In this document: one piece after another, positions 30,101 to 36,361 of the stretch
Layout: each line of letters starts with the position of its first letter
Position numbering within the stretch: position 1 is the first letter of the stretch
Source: Rubripirellula sp.
Lineage (GTDB): Bacteria; Planctomycetota; Planctomycetia; Pirellulales; Pirellulaceae
DNA length: 64,000 nucleotides
NCBI GenBank assembly: GCA_965216875.1
Contig: OZ244207.1
Location: 3,200,001-3,264,000, forward strand
Direction of reading: 5' to 3'
Made by a program: the position numbers and the translations under genes
Notes under the pieces: model-generated
What the model saw: the letters and a program-made list of their open reading frames with translations, nothing else
What the model was told of the DNA's origin: nothing
The model's database searches: none

Positions 30101-33100
30101 ATCGTGACCGTTTGCCCTGGCGTGATTGCTTCGCCGCTGTCAGTGAACGACATCAAACGGTTCAGAGGGCGAGTCTGGAACCAGAAATTGTTCACGCCTC
30201 CAGGCGTTCCATCACCATCGCCATCAATGGGTGTTCCCGGAACGTCAACGCGATCGCTATCCAAGTCGCGAATCACGTCCACTTCATCTGCTTGAGGCTC
30301 GAACTTCAAATGCAGATCGTAACGTCCCTGTGAACGTCCGCCGTTACCGCTCTTTTCAATCGTTGGGTCATAGTGATCGTTGCCGCTTGCTGCGACACCG
30401 ATGTAGTAGACCCCTGCACCTAGGCGGGCGATGATTCGCGAGTCTTCGCTGAAGTAGTCGTCGTTGCGACTGACCTGCACAACACCACCACCACGCAGCA
30501 GCAGCGGACTGTAGCTGAGGCCACCGCCGGAAACATCGATCGACGCGTCGCCGGTCGTGATTTCAGCGCGGAACAGCGAGCTTGCAAACGGGTCATTGTT
30601 GATCGCGTCAACGACGTCCCCAACCGGAACTTCGCTGATGTTCACGCCGCGACGAGGCATATCGATCGTGATCGCGTTTTCAATGAAGTTGCCAACCGAA
30701 TCGACTTGACGGTTGATACGAACTTCGGTGTCGCCCGGTCCTCGCTCACTTTGGATGAAGTCGATCCGAGAATTGTTGCCCAAACGTCCTTCTGCGAACG
30801 CAGTGATTTCGACTTCGAGCGACGTCCCAACACCAAAGTCGGTGCGGACGGATGCCTGCACTTGCTCGAACAGCGTCAAAGTCGTATCGAGCAGACTGCT
30901 ATCGGGCAGACGCTCGGCGAACGTTTCGGCGGTCAGCGTTCCGACTTTGTCAGCATCACCAAGATTGACTTCGAAGCGATACAGGTCGACATCGATACTG
31001 TCCGCACGGTGCAAATAGTTGCCGTGAAGAACGTCGTAGTTGCCTGGGAAAACCGGCTCGAGATCGGTCAACACGTCAATGTCGGCATTCAAGAACGCGC
31101 CGCTTTGACTCAGCAGTGTTTGCGCTGGGAGGTCGGGCGTTTCCTCGAGACCGAGGATCAGGCCAATCGCCGTCGTAGCTTTGCGCGTGAAATCTTCGCC
31201 GTAGGCCGTTCCGAAATTGACTTGGTTACTGAAAACCACCGCCGAATTCGTGAACGTAGGATCGACTCGAACCGCTGCATCAAGCGAGAAGTTGATGGAA
31301 GTGTCCGAACCCACCTCGTTTTGGAGGTCGTTGACGTTACCGAGCGCGAACGTGATGCCTTCATCTTCCGTTTCACGGAATTGAACGCCGATGTAGTTGG
31401 CCCAGAGGTTCAACGCCTCACGGACGCGCAGTTTTTGGCGTTCCGTGATTTGGTTCAGGAAGTCATTGCCAGAATTGTCGCTGTCAAAGATGCCATTGAA
31501 GTTGTAGGCAATCTCGGTGATTCCGTCCTGAGTGTCAGGCCCGAATCGATCGTTGATGTGCTGACGGTCCGTGCCTGCGCCGTCGGGAACTTGGATGTGG
31601 CCAGGATCATCATTGCCACCAAGAGGCTCGATCAAGAAAGTCTGCGGGTCGATCGACTCGCTAAAGACCAAGCTGCTCAATTCGTTGTTACGACCAAAGA
31701 TGCCGACATCAAGGGCCGTCCCAAGGGTATCGCCAACGGCCTCCAGGATGAGCGCCGGACGATCGACCATACGTTGGGGAACTTCAAGCGAGCCGCCACC
31801 GGGGGCTCCGTCGAGCTCGGTCTCAATTTCGATCACATCGCGTACACCCGGGGTGTTCTCGGCGACGGCGATCAATTCAGCGAAGGTTGGTGTGTCACCA
31901 CCGAAATCAAAGACAATGCTTCGACCATCGGTGTCAAAACGGGCTGACAGATTGTTGCTGCCGGTATCTTCAAATCGCACGCCGCGACCTGCTGCACCTT
32001 CGCCAATCACGCGCGAACGAAGGGTGACACGCATGCCTGGAATACCAAAGTCGTTCACGACATTGGGCGCCACCGCAACAGGAGTTGGAGGCAGGATCAG
32101 ATCGACACGATCATCAACGGCGGTTCCGATTCGTAAACGGAACGTTCCACCACCAAGCGGCACATTTGCCAACTCGTTGATATCGCCATCAAAGAACAGC
32201 CGAGCGGTGAAGGTGCTCGGGTCGTAAATCACTTCCTTCGGTGCGTACAACTCGTCGTCGGTCGTCCGCACTGTGTCATTGGTCAACAACAACTGATAGA
32301 AACGCGGATTCTCGGCCGAACGAATCGTTGGGTTGCCCTTGATCTCGGTGACCGTGCCGATGGCAGGAGCCGCGAAATCGACCGTTTCGTCGCCGGCAAC
32401 CAGCTCGGCATTGATCCCGTCGAGAGCGTCGAGCACTTCGACAATGTCGCTGAATCGGTTGCCTGGTCGGTGCACGACTTCGATCGATCGATCGACTTGA
32501 TCAAACGTCGCCGTCGCTGGACCCGCGTTGGTGTTGGAAACGAAATTGACGCGGACGTTATCAAACGATCCGTCCACATCACCGGTCAGCAACACTTCTT
32601 CAGTGCCGTTACCAAACCGACCTTCCGCGCTGTCGTCTTCGACAAACAACGGATCTTCGTTGAAGTAAACGACGATTTCGTCACGATTCTGGACCAACGA
32701 ACCGTCATCTTGTCGAACCACAGGTTGAGGAACGATCGACTCAACCAACGCCCCCAGACCCAAACGAAAATCTACAACCTCGGCACGTGCGCCTGGTTCC
32801 GAGGGTTGCAGCAGTTCGCCGTTCTGGTTGCGGAGCCCGACGATATCCAATCCGTCATCGTCAAACCCAAATACCTCGACTCGGTAGTTGTCATCGGGCA
32901 GACGCTCGGCAAATCGAACCACCACTTCGTTCTGATCGGGGTCACCCAGAGTCACCAATCCGGGAACGATCTGAACGTCATCAGGCGATCCGAAAACGCC
33001 GTCCTGGCCGCTCCGCGTGATTCGCACACCATCGAGCGTTGACGCATCGATCACCTGATCGGCGTCAAACCGCAGTGTCAAAACACGGGGGGCTGAATCG

Positions 33101-33312
33101 CGTACCGTCCCATCGACGATCAATTCACCGTCGTTGGGCTGGATACCGATCAGTTGCGGGCCAGCCAAAAGCTGTCTCGACTCGAGCGTTTCTAAAATGT
33201 GCTGACGCTTCTGTTTCACCGATGCTTTCGTCGCACGCGACGACTTCGATCGGCCAGATTTGGAAGCTTGCGAGAAGAATGTCGAGGAGTTTTTTCGCTT
33301 GCGCGAGGTCAT
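15172..33312 (-). CDS. Giant secreted protein B (~6046 aa): planctomycete extracellular motif, degenerate metzincin-like domain, PPC domains, GEVED, tandem-95/cadherin-like repeats, C-terminal dockerin type I
   Basis: ORF 15172..33468. Likely start MTSRKRK (33312) precedes HILETLESRQLLA. Contains LSGEVEDY and Ig-like repeats (DGTFTF.P..DFN, DSFTY). Duplicated DVNADGRTTALDAL / DVNGNGKVSALDA dockerin motifs lie near the C-terminus. Confidence 0.93.
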   Translation of the reverse strand: MTSRKRKNSSTFFSQASKSGRSKSSRATKASVKQKRQHILETLESRQLLAGPQLIGIQPNDGELIVDGTVRDSAPRVLTLRFDADQVIDASTLDGVRITRSGQDGVFGSPDDVQIVPGLVTLGDPDQNEVVVRFAERLPDDNYRVEVFGFDDDGLDIVGLRNQNGELLQPSEPGARAEVVDFRLGLGALVESIVPQPVVRQDDGSLVQNRDEIVVYFNEDPLFVEDDSAEGRFGNGTEEVLLTGDVDGSFDNVRVNFVSNTNAGPATATFDQVDRSIEVVHRPGNRFSDIVEVLDALDGINAELVAGDETVDFAAPAIGTVTEIKGNPTIRSAENPRFYQLLLTNDTVRTTDDELYAPKEVIYDPSTFTARLFFDGDINELANVPLGGGTFRLRIGTAVDDRVDLILPPTPVAVAPNVVNDFGIPGMRVTLRSRVIGEGAAGRGVRFEDTGSNNLSARFDTDGRSIVFDFGGDTPTFAELIAVAENTPGVRDVIEIETELDGAPGGGSLEVPQRMVDRPALILEAVGDTLGTALDVGIFGRNNELSSLVFSESIDPQTFLIEPLGGNDDPGHIQVPDGAGTDRQHINDRFGPDTQDGITEIAYNFNGIFDSDNSGNDFLNQITERQKLRVREALNLWANYIGVQFRETEDEGITFALGNVNDLQNEVGSDTSINFSLDAAVRVDPTFTNSAVVFSNQVNFGTAYGEDFTRKATTAIGLILGLEETPDLPAQTLLSQSGAFLNADIDVLTDLEPVFPGNYDVLHGNYLHRADSIDVDLYRFEVNLGDADKVGTLTAETFAERLPDSSLLDTTLTLFEQVQASVRTDFGVGTSLEVEITAFAEGRLGNNSRIDFIQSERGPGDTEVRINRQVDSVGNFIENAITIDMPRRGVNISEVPVGDVVDAINNDPFASSLFRAEITTGDASIDVSGGGLSYSPLLLRGGGVVQVSRNDDYFSEDSRIIARLGAGVYYIGVAASGNDHYDPTIEKSGNGGRSQGRYDLHLKFEPQADEVDVIRDLDSDRVDVPGTPIDGDGDGTPGGVNNFWFQTRPLNRLMSFTDSGEAITPGQTVTIISGNGVTRTYEFVPLGSTSRPGNIPVNYSDGSNGFPTPSFGLAQALAAAVNQRQGETGVSLLPTPGTSNVSFIGERTIEVSADFRGAEIFGRNIFVDKTAGPLADGSLDHPFNNISNPVVANAFDATLEGDIVRIVGNGGADGDITTEIDNFSYQIGLADTGGAVLEDGRMMEVPKGVTTMIDAGAVLKLRAARIVAGSSTVQVDRSNSVLQILGAPRLVQLSTGDAPVKTTLLGDDNVFSPGYDDGRVILTSVRDRDVDFAAAGNSIPAASGDWGGIVYRRDVDQAQGRRDLEDEGIFLQRVNHAELRYGGSSNIVADAIQQLINPIQIVNLRPTITFNEITQSADAAISAAPNSFEETSFQEPRFQQGGSFTADYDRVGPEMHNNLVLDNSVNGVMIRVATTPTSPPRPFTVAARFDDTELVHYVPENLAVEGKPGGSINDGFAPSVGLVSGRVLRGGQLANGTYLYKMTFVDNDGFESRASDDVFTITTIDNTSVEMIGLPVVDPNTDYVSRRIYRAMDTGGALEFVLVADLDASSIGFIDNGSSSDGVLDLSRQGIRGRLDASLVADPGLVMKFRGSRIELGQGTQFLAEGLTSDPVVFTSSLDDRFGAGGTFDTNNDRDLFNGNLPPSLGDWSGIYAGPTAVVSFDNAVVAYGGGISNIEGGLSRGFLPLELHQAEARVTNSRFEFNDSGQQGAGPEGRFGRLAVTPATIFARGTDPIIVGNTFTNNRGTIIDIDSDSLHGDYRLDYGRQTGSNERFSELDDNRGPMVRFNRYEDNEVTGMEIRGGNLTTESVWDDTDIVHLLFDSVIVNNFHSSGGLRLISRPDESLVVKLSGPGGVAGQTPGTGLTARGDESDILDRVGGTVQLIGFPGAPVVLTSFRDDSVGAGLKPDGSQFTDNNGDGIGSRAEPNDWRSVFFDQYSNDYNADFILESELSTESAPGLNGTTVNAQELGFLAERITASDEKLRLGFEVEGYLAGSTDVDTYAFTGYAGTEVWIDVDRTLYTNDTVLEVLDAQGRVVARSDDSFAEVADSDQLVLLDPELQRTATPLQTRPDAVTSFGAGGLYEDFGSYNERDAGLHFTLPGNTGAQSPYFFRIRSRSVNPDDFQGGLTGGGYRFQIRLTEEQIFPGNIARYTDIRYANHGIHVRGLPSSSPLLGEAQENEELEPFFASNDAIEGSVAFPFQRAQGVGNLVENRANVISVGGALDSGFDVDFYSFDVDFAANGAVGTIPGGILGSGFTIGDGLTESVVFDIDYAAGLSRPDTNISVFYDEDGFYGGAEPRLVLLGQGANIAEDLTTPFGEDDESERLSNGSVSTQDPFIGPAALSEGTYYVAVTEDGRLPSELFENDLVRREPVNSVERLFEDRVDNSSTPSTADGPRFPELFSDAAIGASDFVVTGNRGAEPGHGKPEHFDGSSVDVPVNDGVFSEFAVPGIGFASNLDGLVWSLADDPLIGSDSIFGPENTSAVIPHVTINGSMARDPGDVFLISIPEDNTRVIIDVDAGFNPQQGIDDDDPDTPPFVPDPNSVDLRLRIADVTSLGNNFFVTPEINTSNVEDGRAGSLGGDGTVFNTVSLDPFVDTRLNTGIYMIYVVPPGTTPTIDNGVAQPPSNDTPPVTGSYVLHVSVEDHVVPAGAGNQSIHFNRQNFTNGTLTSEPFDLLGYSAADRPRFYFNYLLDSGLGDNVGYTVTSNENPVGQVFGGLQNDDAWLQEVVDLDAFAGHTNIQITFDYTSNGFGFGEGLYLDDFIVGFAERGETIFNARQGQNDFSGFGTQSGEYQLELRRGTQYNVDGVLTRDFDTNQRHSEEITIVAPAGDQVVDGDTFVLSDGTTRQIFEFTTDGFTAFNAAPVLFDPTDSAVQIAETIRRAINLSPTLDAEAASASGDATGPMEDARLNLFGIINGDFLQIESHELAPTGAPLATSPDGNVLISAVFDNLFGDVNHERPQSQIIIDSNTISDVNAIGIWTEPGTRDTDIRDLRDDPELTIRSDPFDPDSFPIQHQYLQLPPAGNTYPGAVRNLPTLNDSVQGGLAPGAVIVNNTIDQAQMAGIKVEGETRPLVIHGIEGYNTGNLVDDGALMVIDAAGTRVVFEFEDIQGDNGHGEIAGGDGYGDGHVPIYYRHCSNTPCTVYNGRGLPPSTSFELMYAIFEAIQGSILVTNDMVELVTPFMSIDPFQRNPSLEGFALNRGFADFPNPAVWLQGASAVYFAGRSPFQVNEAPVHEAPQPFARVVNNTIYGADGRESLDFEMADREDDDIIADAIDTKQGIAHRNSSSYVHTASIGDNSGPVSPENDVDFFKVELNVGDRLVADIDTVVGGVDTVLQIFNEFGEAQIAPVESGQVPGYLDPETTARDHRDNPVTDAANPADPYVDFFAPRKGTYYVAVSASGNDNYDPNSLSGRDGGEGGTGDYQLGIRVFAGRTAVIGIQGAGRDVGTVGADLVGAEITITQVSDVDPDVRNSVTFTFAPGAGNPPDIDQGTEYQIGISNGAEADRVPDIMRSLTDAINRSSLLNLNTAVNRVEAKALGGIDNDNPGLPNLSRTGGPPHVYRTFGVTDWQRGFGHDRLNIPTAPLTTTSGTSELYTFLRNVADVELNDAAAAMFYVGPDERDGNLSQESDQLITEQGVMIAGGASPTLVNNVIVNTHQSIVREETSINGFGRRFGPFTDHNDRLLRDNFPKPMEVIVSATVFKYDEHLNSAVQTNLDATPFSPGGDPSLVTDVLVSVSNVNGGDDDFNVILPSGEPLLENPAGDDFQPAAGSYVIDSATNSLIERDAFAALKNTVGIPVSNILAPNRDVGGVLRADNPLFATPGGLGSQVFKDRGSTELADFVGPVAIAETPRDNDAEGIDVDGAIGFINLSGGTYNEFRIQLRDNGDASDPFAGVGIDDTTVVIPEIPGLRPTGSTLTLFENDRLLTEGIDYVFNYDETKNTITLTPLTGIWQSDRSYRIALNNRDRNVLVAPDPSEVNDGDQIAITDTLGGTVVFEFESGYQLLVPEPITLVVPRVGTNGGGLSDGDIFQIDDGSNPIVVFEFNSDGTTLPGTVEVPLPSRPTPTDSGELDRFLNEIAVNVATAIQSQANLGLLDVDTRVEVLGDRVVVGAEPGTYAVTSGSGLQQLPRTLALQVPQMGIDPLTGIRDGDTFVVSNGTASVTFEFDTDASPGLNTATNVPVPVLTTDDAEIVALKIQGAIANSPLGLTPQVDGTNVFLNLPIDGDATVPGGQLRLVGLARTAVDGDTIQISPTGLGTDITLEVNRTDEPGPDGPMDDGVGDAHVPINITRLTTADELAGLIANQLQGQEIAGLDPNDVQVIPGGLLAVGGEQGLGFAVSGSSFEVTGSPDVTGASTIQVFGPLLLQLPLVGAQQINDGSVLILEDDNGNDVIFEFNNIATTPSVPGAFVVPFNTFDLVDVLADNLVTQINLANIGIPAVNQGNGRVSLGRISESRVDLGGIPDLVDPINSVPGVPQLTTRRGIVSDGEVLSIRQGTTTVSFEFESINNGGGVAPNNIAVAFQPGSTIGDVAISLAAAINNNRGALRISAEAELAPVLDADGNPVLDDDNNVVMEPTGQVLLDDLPGTVIDVTAAPTLNVVGVPGGAIPVRISPAFTATEVKRSLLNAFAAVNPPGEIPVTTLMAEDRGGATFFVENGEIFEGPLANYFLPGVKDLAGNLLEANRSDTTTQFTILMPTVELDYGDAPDPVLQVPGRYPTLAEHDGPRHVVDGELKLGHYVDADLDGQPVRSADGDDLTIDIVGSGGLFGTSVVPGAAEIKVHTPADIDGRDGDTVTINTNVDLATIEFDLDGRFDEDNFAVRPIDKESPSSIADAVVEAIVESPLRPAGLINGHRLLGVEAVDVQLSGVNTLLRVATFSNSKVFEISRGIETTAVEGGTFTISIDGAQATFEFDSNGVVADGNIPVSPIDPASRDSIADAMRVAIAGSPLAASGLSMDSVSVFVVADDEDGVNFISSVNPTGVLNKGVTTPIDVTVSGSGVLEAWIDFNADGDWDDPGEQIITAATPGAIFSDAGAAITRTFNVTVPATTPDPLSPTETYARFRVSRDGGLEPTGLALSGEVEDYTLLILPGSPPQIGQPNRAFTVEEDRVLQALDDGTFTVDNSNDDGLLTGVVDLDGDSIAIYPDDVGVRTLTTPSGVEAGTLEVFADGTFTFLPAPDFNSVDPATGEVEGVVFTARVTDIQPFDPGAQLVNSTPISVTIVVEPVNDPPVVVDSSPITRDILEDEQQVFHVDDQLVGGETVPGLIADRYVPGPANESHQPMIIQSVQSSGGAFVTEQGGTVAISDDGRSVIYTPPADFNNMVDPLNPLDSFTYTVADIPLQGQSEAAATVGTVIIDIAAQNDPPRLGNDTYSINEGEGLTIPLRLTEINNVLTPGILDNDFAGPQDEVDENPDIFLTGDLENIDDSISTFRNGTITRTAEGLVYESPLNFSGTDSFQYEVRDTQGAVSTATVTINIGGVNNGPMFVGVNGDSQVTSITRDEAKEDAQQDTYNLSTWFFDPEGDDLTYSVVSSDPDTVEARVVDDLLLLTYQPFQFSTTTITLRAEDPDGEAGVGAVTLNITNTPDPPTVIAPIQEITADEDSIITRDLSTVFEDKDITDDPLNSDVLTFTVSRLDNLFNPTAAQIAAHPVVDAISTDNGQLRITLKPDQSGSAEIEIAARDTAQFVVADTFTLNVTPVADRPEARPDGFNVPIGAALQVLNPSSGLLANDFDADGDDIEVVTDPASIVGPSLGDLEINADGTFIYTNTSGAVGGQDSFTYRVRDTTGRLSDPVTVTFDLNDSRYQNPIDGMETDVNADGRTTALDALRIINFLSRKLIFSNGTEVPVTEIGSPPPDFLDVNGNGKVSALDANNVITRLGQLNNVQIAQPEAIAGLAASSNFVTAGTPNLPVRNAEHVAVIEDPRDSLLTDGLVIQAQSGEQAVDALVVLDNESSSEPESIDEVLSSVLDEFDLDLGDLVE

Positions 33313-33911
33313 AGACCAAACCTTCCAGGCGATGCCGCTCGTGCCGCCGAGTCCATTGGGCAGTTGCGACGATAAGGTGGTGTAGTTGGGTTTCAGCCGA
33401 ACAAAACCAATGTTTTGCCCGGTCGAATTCGGGTGACAAAGTGACGAGTTGGGCACCATCGACGCCATAAAACGGTGACGGTGGAATCACAGTCGCCGAG
33501 TATAGTTAGGGCCGAAAAACCCGCAAACAATTGCCAGAATCCTTATTCAGGCAATCCCGAGTTGCTGGCCAAACACGTCCGGTCGTAGCGGCAATAGGGG
33601 CAATTTCGCCCTTCCGGACAGGACTCGCCCCTCATCAGAGCGGTGTCCGATCGCGATAAACCCTATTTCCGCGTGGATCGTTGGACGGCAAGGGCCCCTG
33701 AAAGTTCCCCAAATCGAGTCAGGGAAAGAGTTTCCCTGCCCTTAGCAGCCTCGCTCGACAGCCGTCGAACCAGACACCACGTCCGAAAATGCTGCTATTT
33801 GATGCGATTTGCCGACTGCGGCCACCCGCAACGCATTGCCGAAGAATTTCGCTGATCGAAAGCAAAAAGCGTGCTATTTAGGGAACCAAACGTTCCGGTC
33901 ACGGGAGTGTC

Positions 33912-33972
33912 GTGGGTGTGCTTGCACGCACCAACGTCCCTAATCAGCGGTGCGTGCAAGCACACACCCTAC
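33912..33972. repeat. GTAG-type REP-like inverted repeat
   Basis: gtgtgcttgcacgcacc and ggtgcgtgcaagcacac are perfect complements; the right arm ends in ccctac (GTAGGG on the minus strand). Confidence 0.7.
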
Positions 33973-33991
33973 AGCCAATGCGCCACCACCT

Positions 33992-34016
33992 CGTTACCAC
34001 GCTCGGCGTGGTAACG
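33992..34016. repeat. Perfect 11-bp hairpin, REP-like; may stabilise or terminate the AAA ATPase transcript
   Basis: cgttaccacgc-tcg-gcgtggtaacg, about 45 bp downstream of the AAA gene stop; no U-tract. Confidence 0.55.
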
Positions 34017-34060
34017 CACCTTCGGACGCTCCGGGTCCCGCGCTTTGGCGGACCTAATGG

Positions 34061-35053
34061 TCATCCTTCTTCGTCATCTTCATCCCGGTCGGGATGCAGC
34101 GGATCGTCAGGTTCAAAGAAGAGATCCGCCAATCCGAGGGGCACGGCGTCACCACCCAGCGTACGCCTGCGACGCTGAGCCAGACCTTCCAAGTCGACCG
34201 CGTCATCTCCTAGGCACTTTTCGAGCGCCTCCTGCCACGCTTCATCACGACTGACCGGATGACTCGTATCCTGAACCATCCGCTTGAGCGCGTAGCGAAG
34301 CAGGTTGATTCCGTCGCGGGGCGAAAAGTCGAGTTTAAGCTCATGGGAATGCTGCAGGAACTCGACCGTCATCGCCAGCATCTCTGGCTCGGCAAAGGGC
34401 AGGTGGTACTGAAGAATTGCCAGCTCGTCCTGTTTGCTCGGGTAGCCGACCTTGAGTGTGGGCTGCAATCGACTCAGGATGTAGTCGGGTACTTCAAAGG
34501 TCGACTCGTCCTCGTTCATCGTCACGGCCGCTCGAAACTCGGGGGCGGCATGGATGGTGATGCCCGCGACGATCGATTCGACCAACCGGCGACCGTCGAA
34601 AAGCGGCGCGAGCGAGGCCCACGACTTTTCGTTCATCCGATTGCCCTCGTCCAGCAAACAGACGCCACCATTGATCATTGCCGACACGAGTGGCGAGGCG
34701 TGATACGAGATTTCGCCCCCCTGGCTCAGCACCGGGGTGATCAAGAGGTCTTCGGGCCGAGTGTCGGCGGTGCATTGATAGATGTAGAGCGGACGTCCCT
34801 GGGCCATCGCAGCCGCGATCGCAAGCTGGGTCTTGCCCACCCCCGGTGAACCGACAAGTCGTGGGGTTAGGGGCAAATCCGCTTGATCAACCGTGATCCA
34901 GCAAGCCAACAGCTGCATCAAGATCTCTTGCTGGCCGATCCATTGCCCATCCGATTGGTAGGGCTGGGCCAACTTCAACGTGATCCCACCAATCTCGGCG
35001 TATCCAACCGGCTCGGCTTGGGTCTGCTCAGGCTGTGGCTCGATTTCGCTCAT
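34061..35053 (-). CDS. MoxR-like/AAA_5 family ATPase
   Basis: Walker A GSPGVGKT, Walker B LLDEGNRM, sensor TMN, LSRL arginine finger. Confidence 0.88.
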   Translation of the reverse strand: MSEIEPQPEQTQAEPVGYAEIGGITLKLAQPYQSDGQWIGQQEILMQLLACWITVDQADLPLTPRLVGSPGVGKTQLAIAAAMAQGRPLYIYQCTADTRPEDLLITPVLSQGGEISYHASPLVSAMINGGVCLLDEGNRMNEKSWASLAPLFDGRRLVESIVAGITIHAAPEFRAAVTMNEDESTFEVPDYILSRLQPTLKVGYPSKQDELAILQYHLPFAEPEMLAMTVEFLQHSHELKLDFSPRDGINLLRYALKRMVQDTSHPVSRDEAWQEALEKCLGDDAVDLEGLAQRRRRTLGGDAVPLGLADLFFEPDDPLHPDRDEDDEEG

Positions 35054-36054
35054 CCTTGCACACTCATCTTGTTCGTTTTGGGGCGATTCGAATTGGATGC
35101 AGCTGCCAACGAATCATTTCCATCGCCTTCGATCAAATCGTCTGCTGACACCGCCGCTTTTCCCTCTGCCAGATCGATTCGTTGCTGCCTGACCGCTGCG
35201 GCGATCGCGTCGATATACCCGTGGATCGAGTGGTCTGAAAAGTGGTCGACTTTCCAGCGACGCAAACCGCGTAGGAAGCCTCGCCAACGATCACGGCGTT
35301 TTCCAACCAAACCGATCTCTCGAAGCTGACCGACACTATCGATGTAGACCTCGTTGCCACAGTGACGGTACCCCATAAAGACGGGTGGCACACGCGTCAC
35401 GATGTCGTTGTTGTTGACGAATCGAAAGTAATCCAATTTGACGTAGTTGATGTACCGTTTGTCTCCAACGCGCGGGCTGCCATAGGTAAACAGCTGGCGC
35501 GGAACGCTGTCGATGTGGGAAAGGAAACACCGGCCTGCACAGATGGTCGCCATGGCACCGCCCAAAGAATGTCCACAAAACCAAAGCGGCTGCTGATTCT
35601 TCATCAGTGCCGTCTCGAGCATGGGCCACAAGTCATCGACTTCATTCTTGAAGCCGCGATGGACTCGGCCGGTCGTTTCGGCCAGCACGCTCGTCGCGTT
35701 GGCATCGGCCCGAATGTCATTCCATTCACTCGGCTCGGTACCTCGGCAAGCGATCACGCAATCGTGTTCGTTTCGAAACCGATAGGCCTGTGAGCCATCG
35801 CGATCGTAAAACGTCACATCCGGCAAGCCGATCACTTTCCCCGCGCGACGGGCCTCGTCCTCGTCGTTGTACGCAATCATCGCCAGCTCGGCGAACAAGA
35901 GCGCACGATCCAAGAACGTCATTTGCTCGATCGGGCCGGCCACTTCCGAGTGAATCTCGAGTGGGACTTCACCGGGATCGGCAACCACTCGCGGGGCATC
36001 CAACCGCGCATGCTTGTCTTGGGAATCGGGCAGGTTGGGCATCGGCGAATTCAC
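35050..36054 (-). CDS. Lipase class 3 family protein
   Basis: IACRGTE, VHRGF, GHSLGG nucleophile elbow, [23 protein letters not shown]; 4-bp overlap with the AAA gene. Confidence 0.9.
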   Translation of the reverse strand: MNSPMPNLPDSQDKHARLDAPRVVADPGEVPLEIHSEVAGPIEQMTFLDRALLFAELAMIAYNDEDEARRAGKVIGLPDVTFYDRDGSQAYRFRNEHDCVIACRGTEPSEWNDIRADANATSVLAETTGRVHRGFKNEVDDLWPMLETALMKNQQPLWFCGHSLGGAMATICAGRCFLSHIDSVPRQLFTYGSPRVGDKRYINYVKLDYFRFVNNNDIVTRVPPVFMGYRHCGNEVYIDSVGQLREIGLVGKRRDRWRGFLRGLRRWKVDHFSDHSIHGYIDAIAAAVRQQRIDLAEGKAAVSADDLIEGDGNDSLAAASNSNRPKTNKMSVQG

Positions 36055-36228
36055 TCCATCGAAAGCAGCGTGCGAAGCGGTCGCAGGTGACGAGATGTAA
36101 CGGGTGATCTCATTGGGCGACCCCTTTGATCATTGTGTCGGGGGCACTGTGATCATTGTGTCGCGGGACCGTCTGCCCTGACAACCGGCCAAACGACGTC
36201 GGCCGAGCGCTCAATCGACAGAACCGTT

Positions 36229-36312
36229 CCACGAAAAACGCAAAAACCCACGAAAGGGGAAATCGAGAGACCACTGTCAGCTCTTTCGCACTTTCGTGAC
36301 ACTTTGTGGTTT
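36229..36312. repeat. Imperfect periodic palindrome (REP-like) between nadB and lipase
   Basis: ccacgaaaaacgcaaaaacccacgaaag ... ctttcgcactttcgtgacactttgtgg, arms built of ~9-bp sub-repeats. Confidence 0.5.
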
Positions 36313-36361
36313 TCGCACAAACCACTTGGGCGCACGGTTCCGCCAATCCGAGCCGATCGAC

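Noticed and set aside
69..33314. Many long plus-strand ORFs (69..1928, 15292..16449, 22639..23871, 28717..30045, 30706..31947 and others)
   Set aside because: Antisense shadows of the giant minus-strand genes, in codon register with them; Arg/Val-rich with no motifs.
33680..33760. c-di-GMP riboswitch upstream of the giant genes
   Set aside because: Only a single short dyad; the two-stem consensus was not found by eye. An Infernal scan would settle it.
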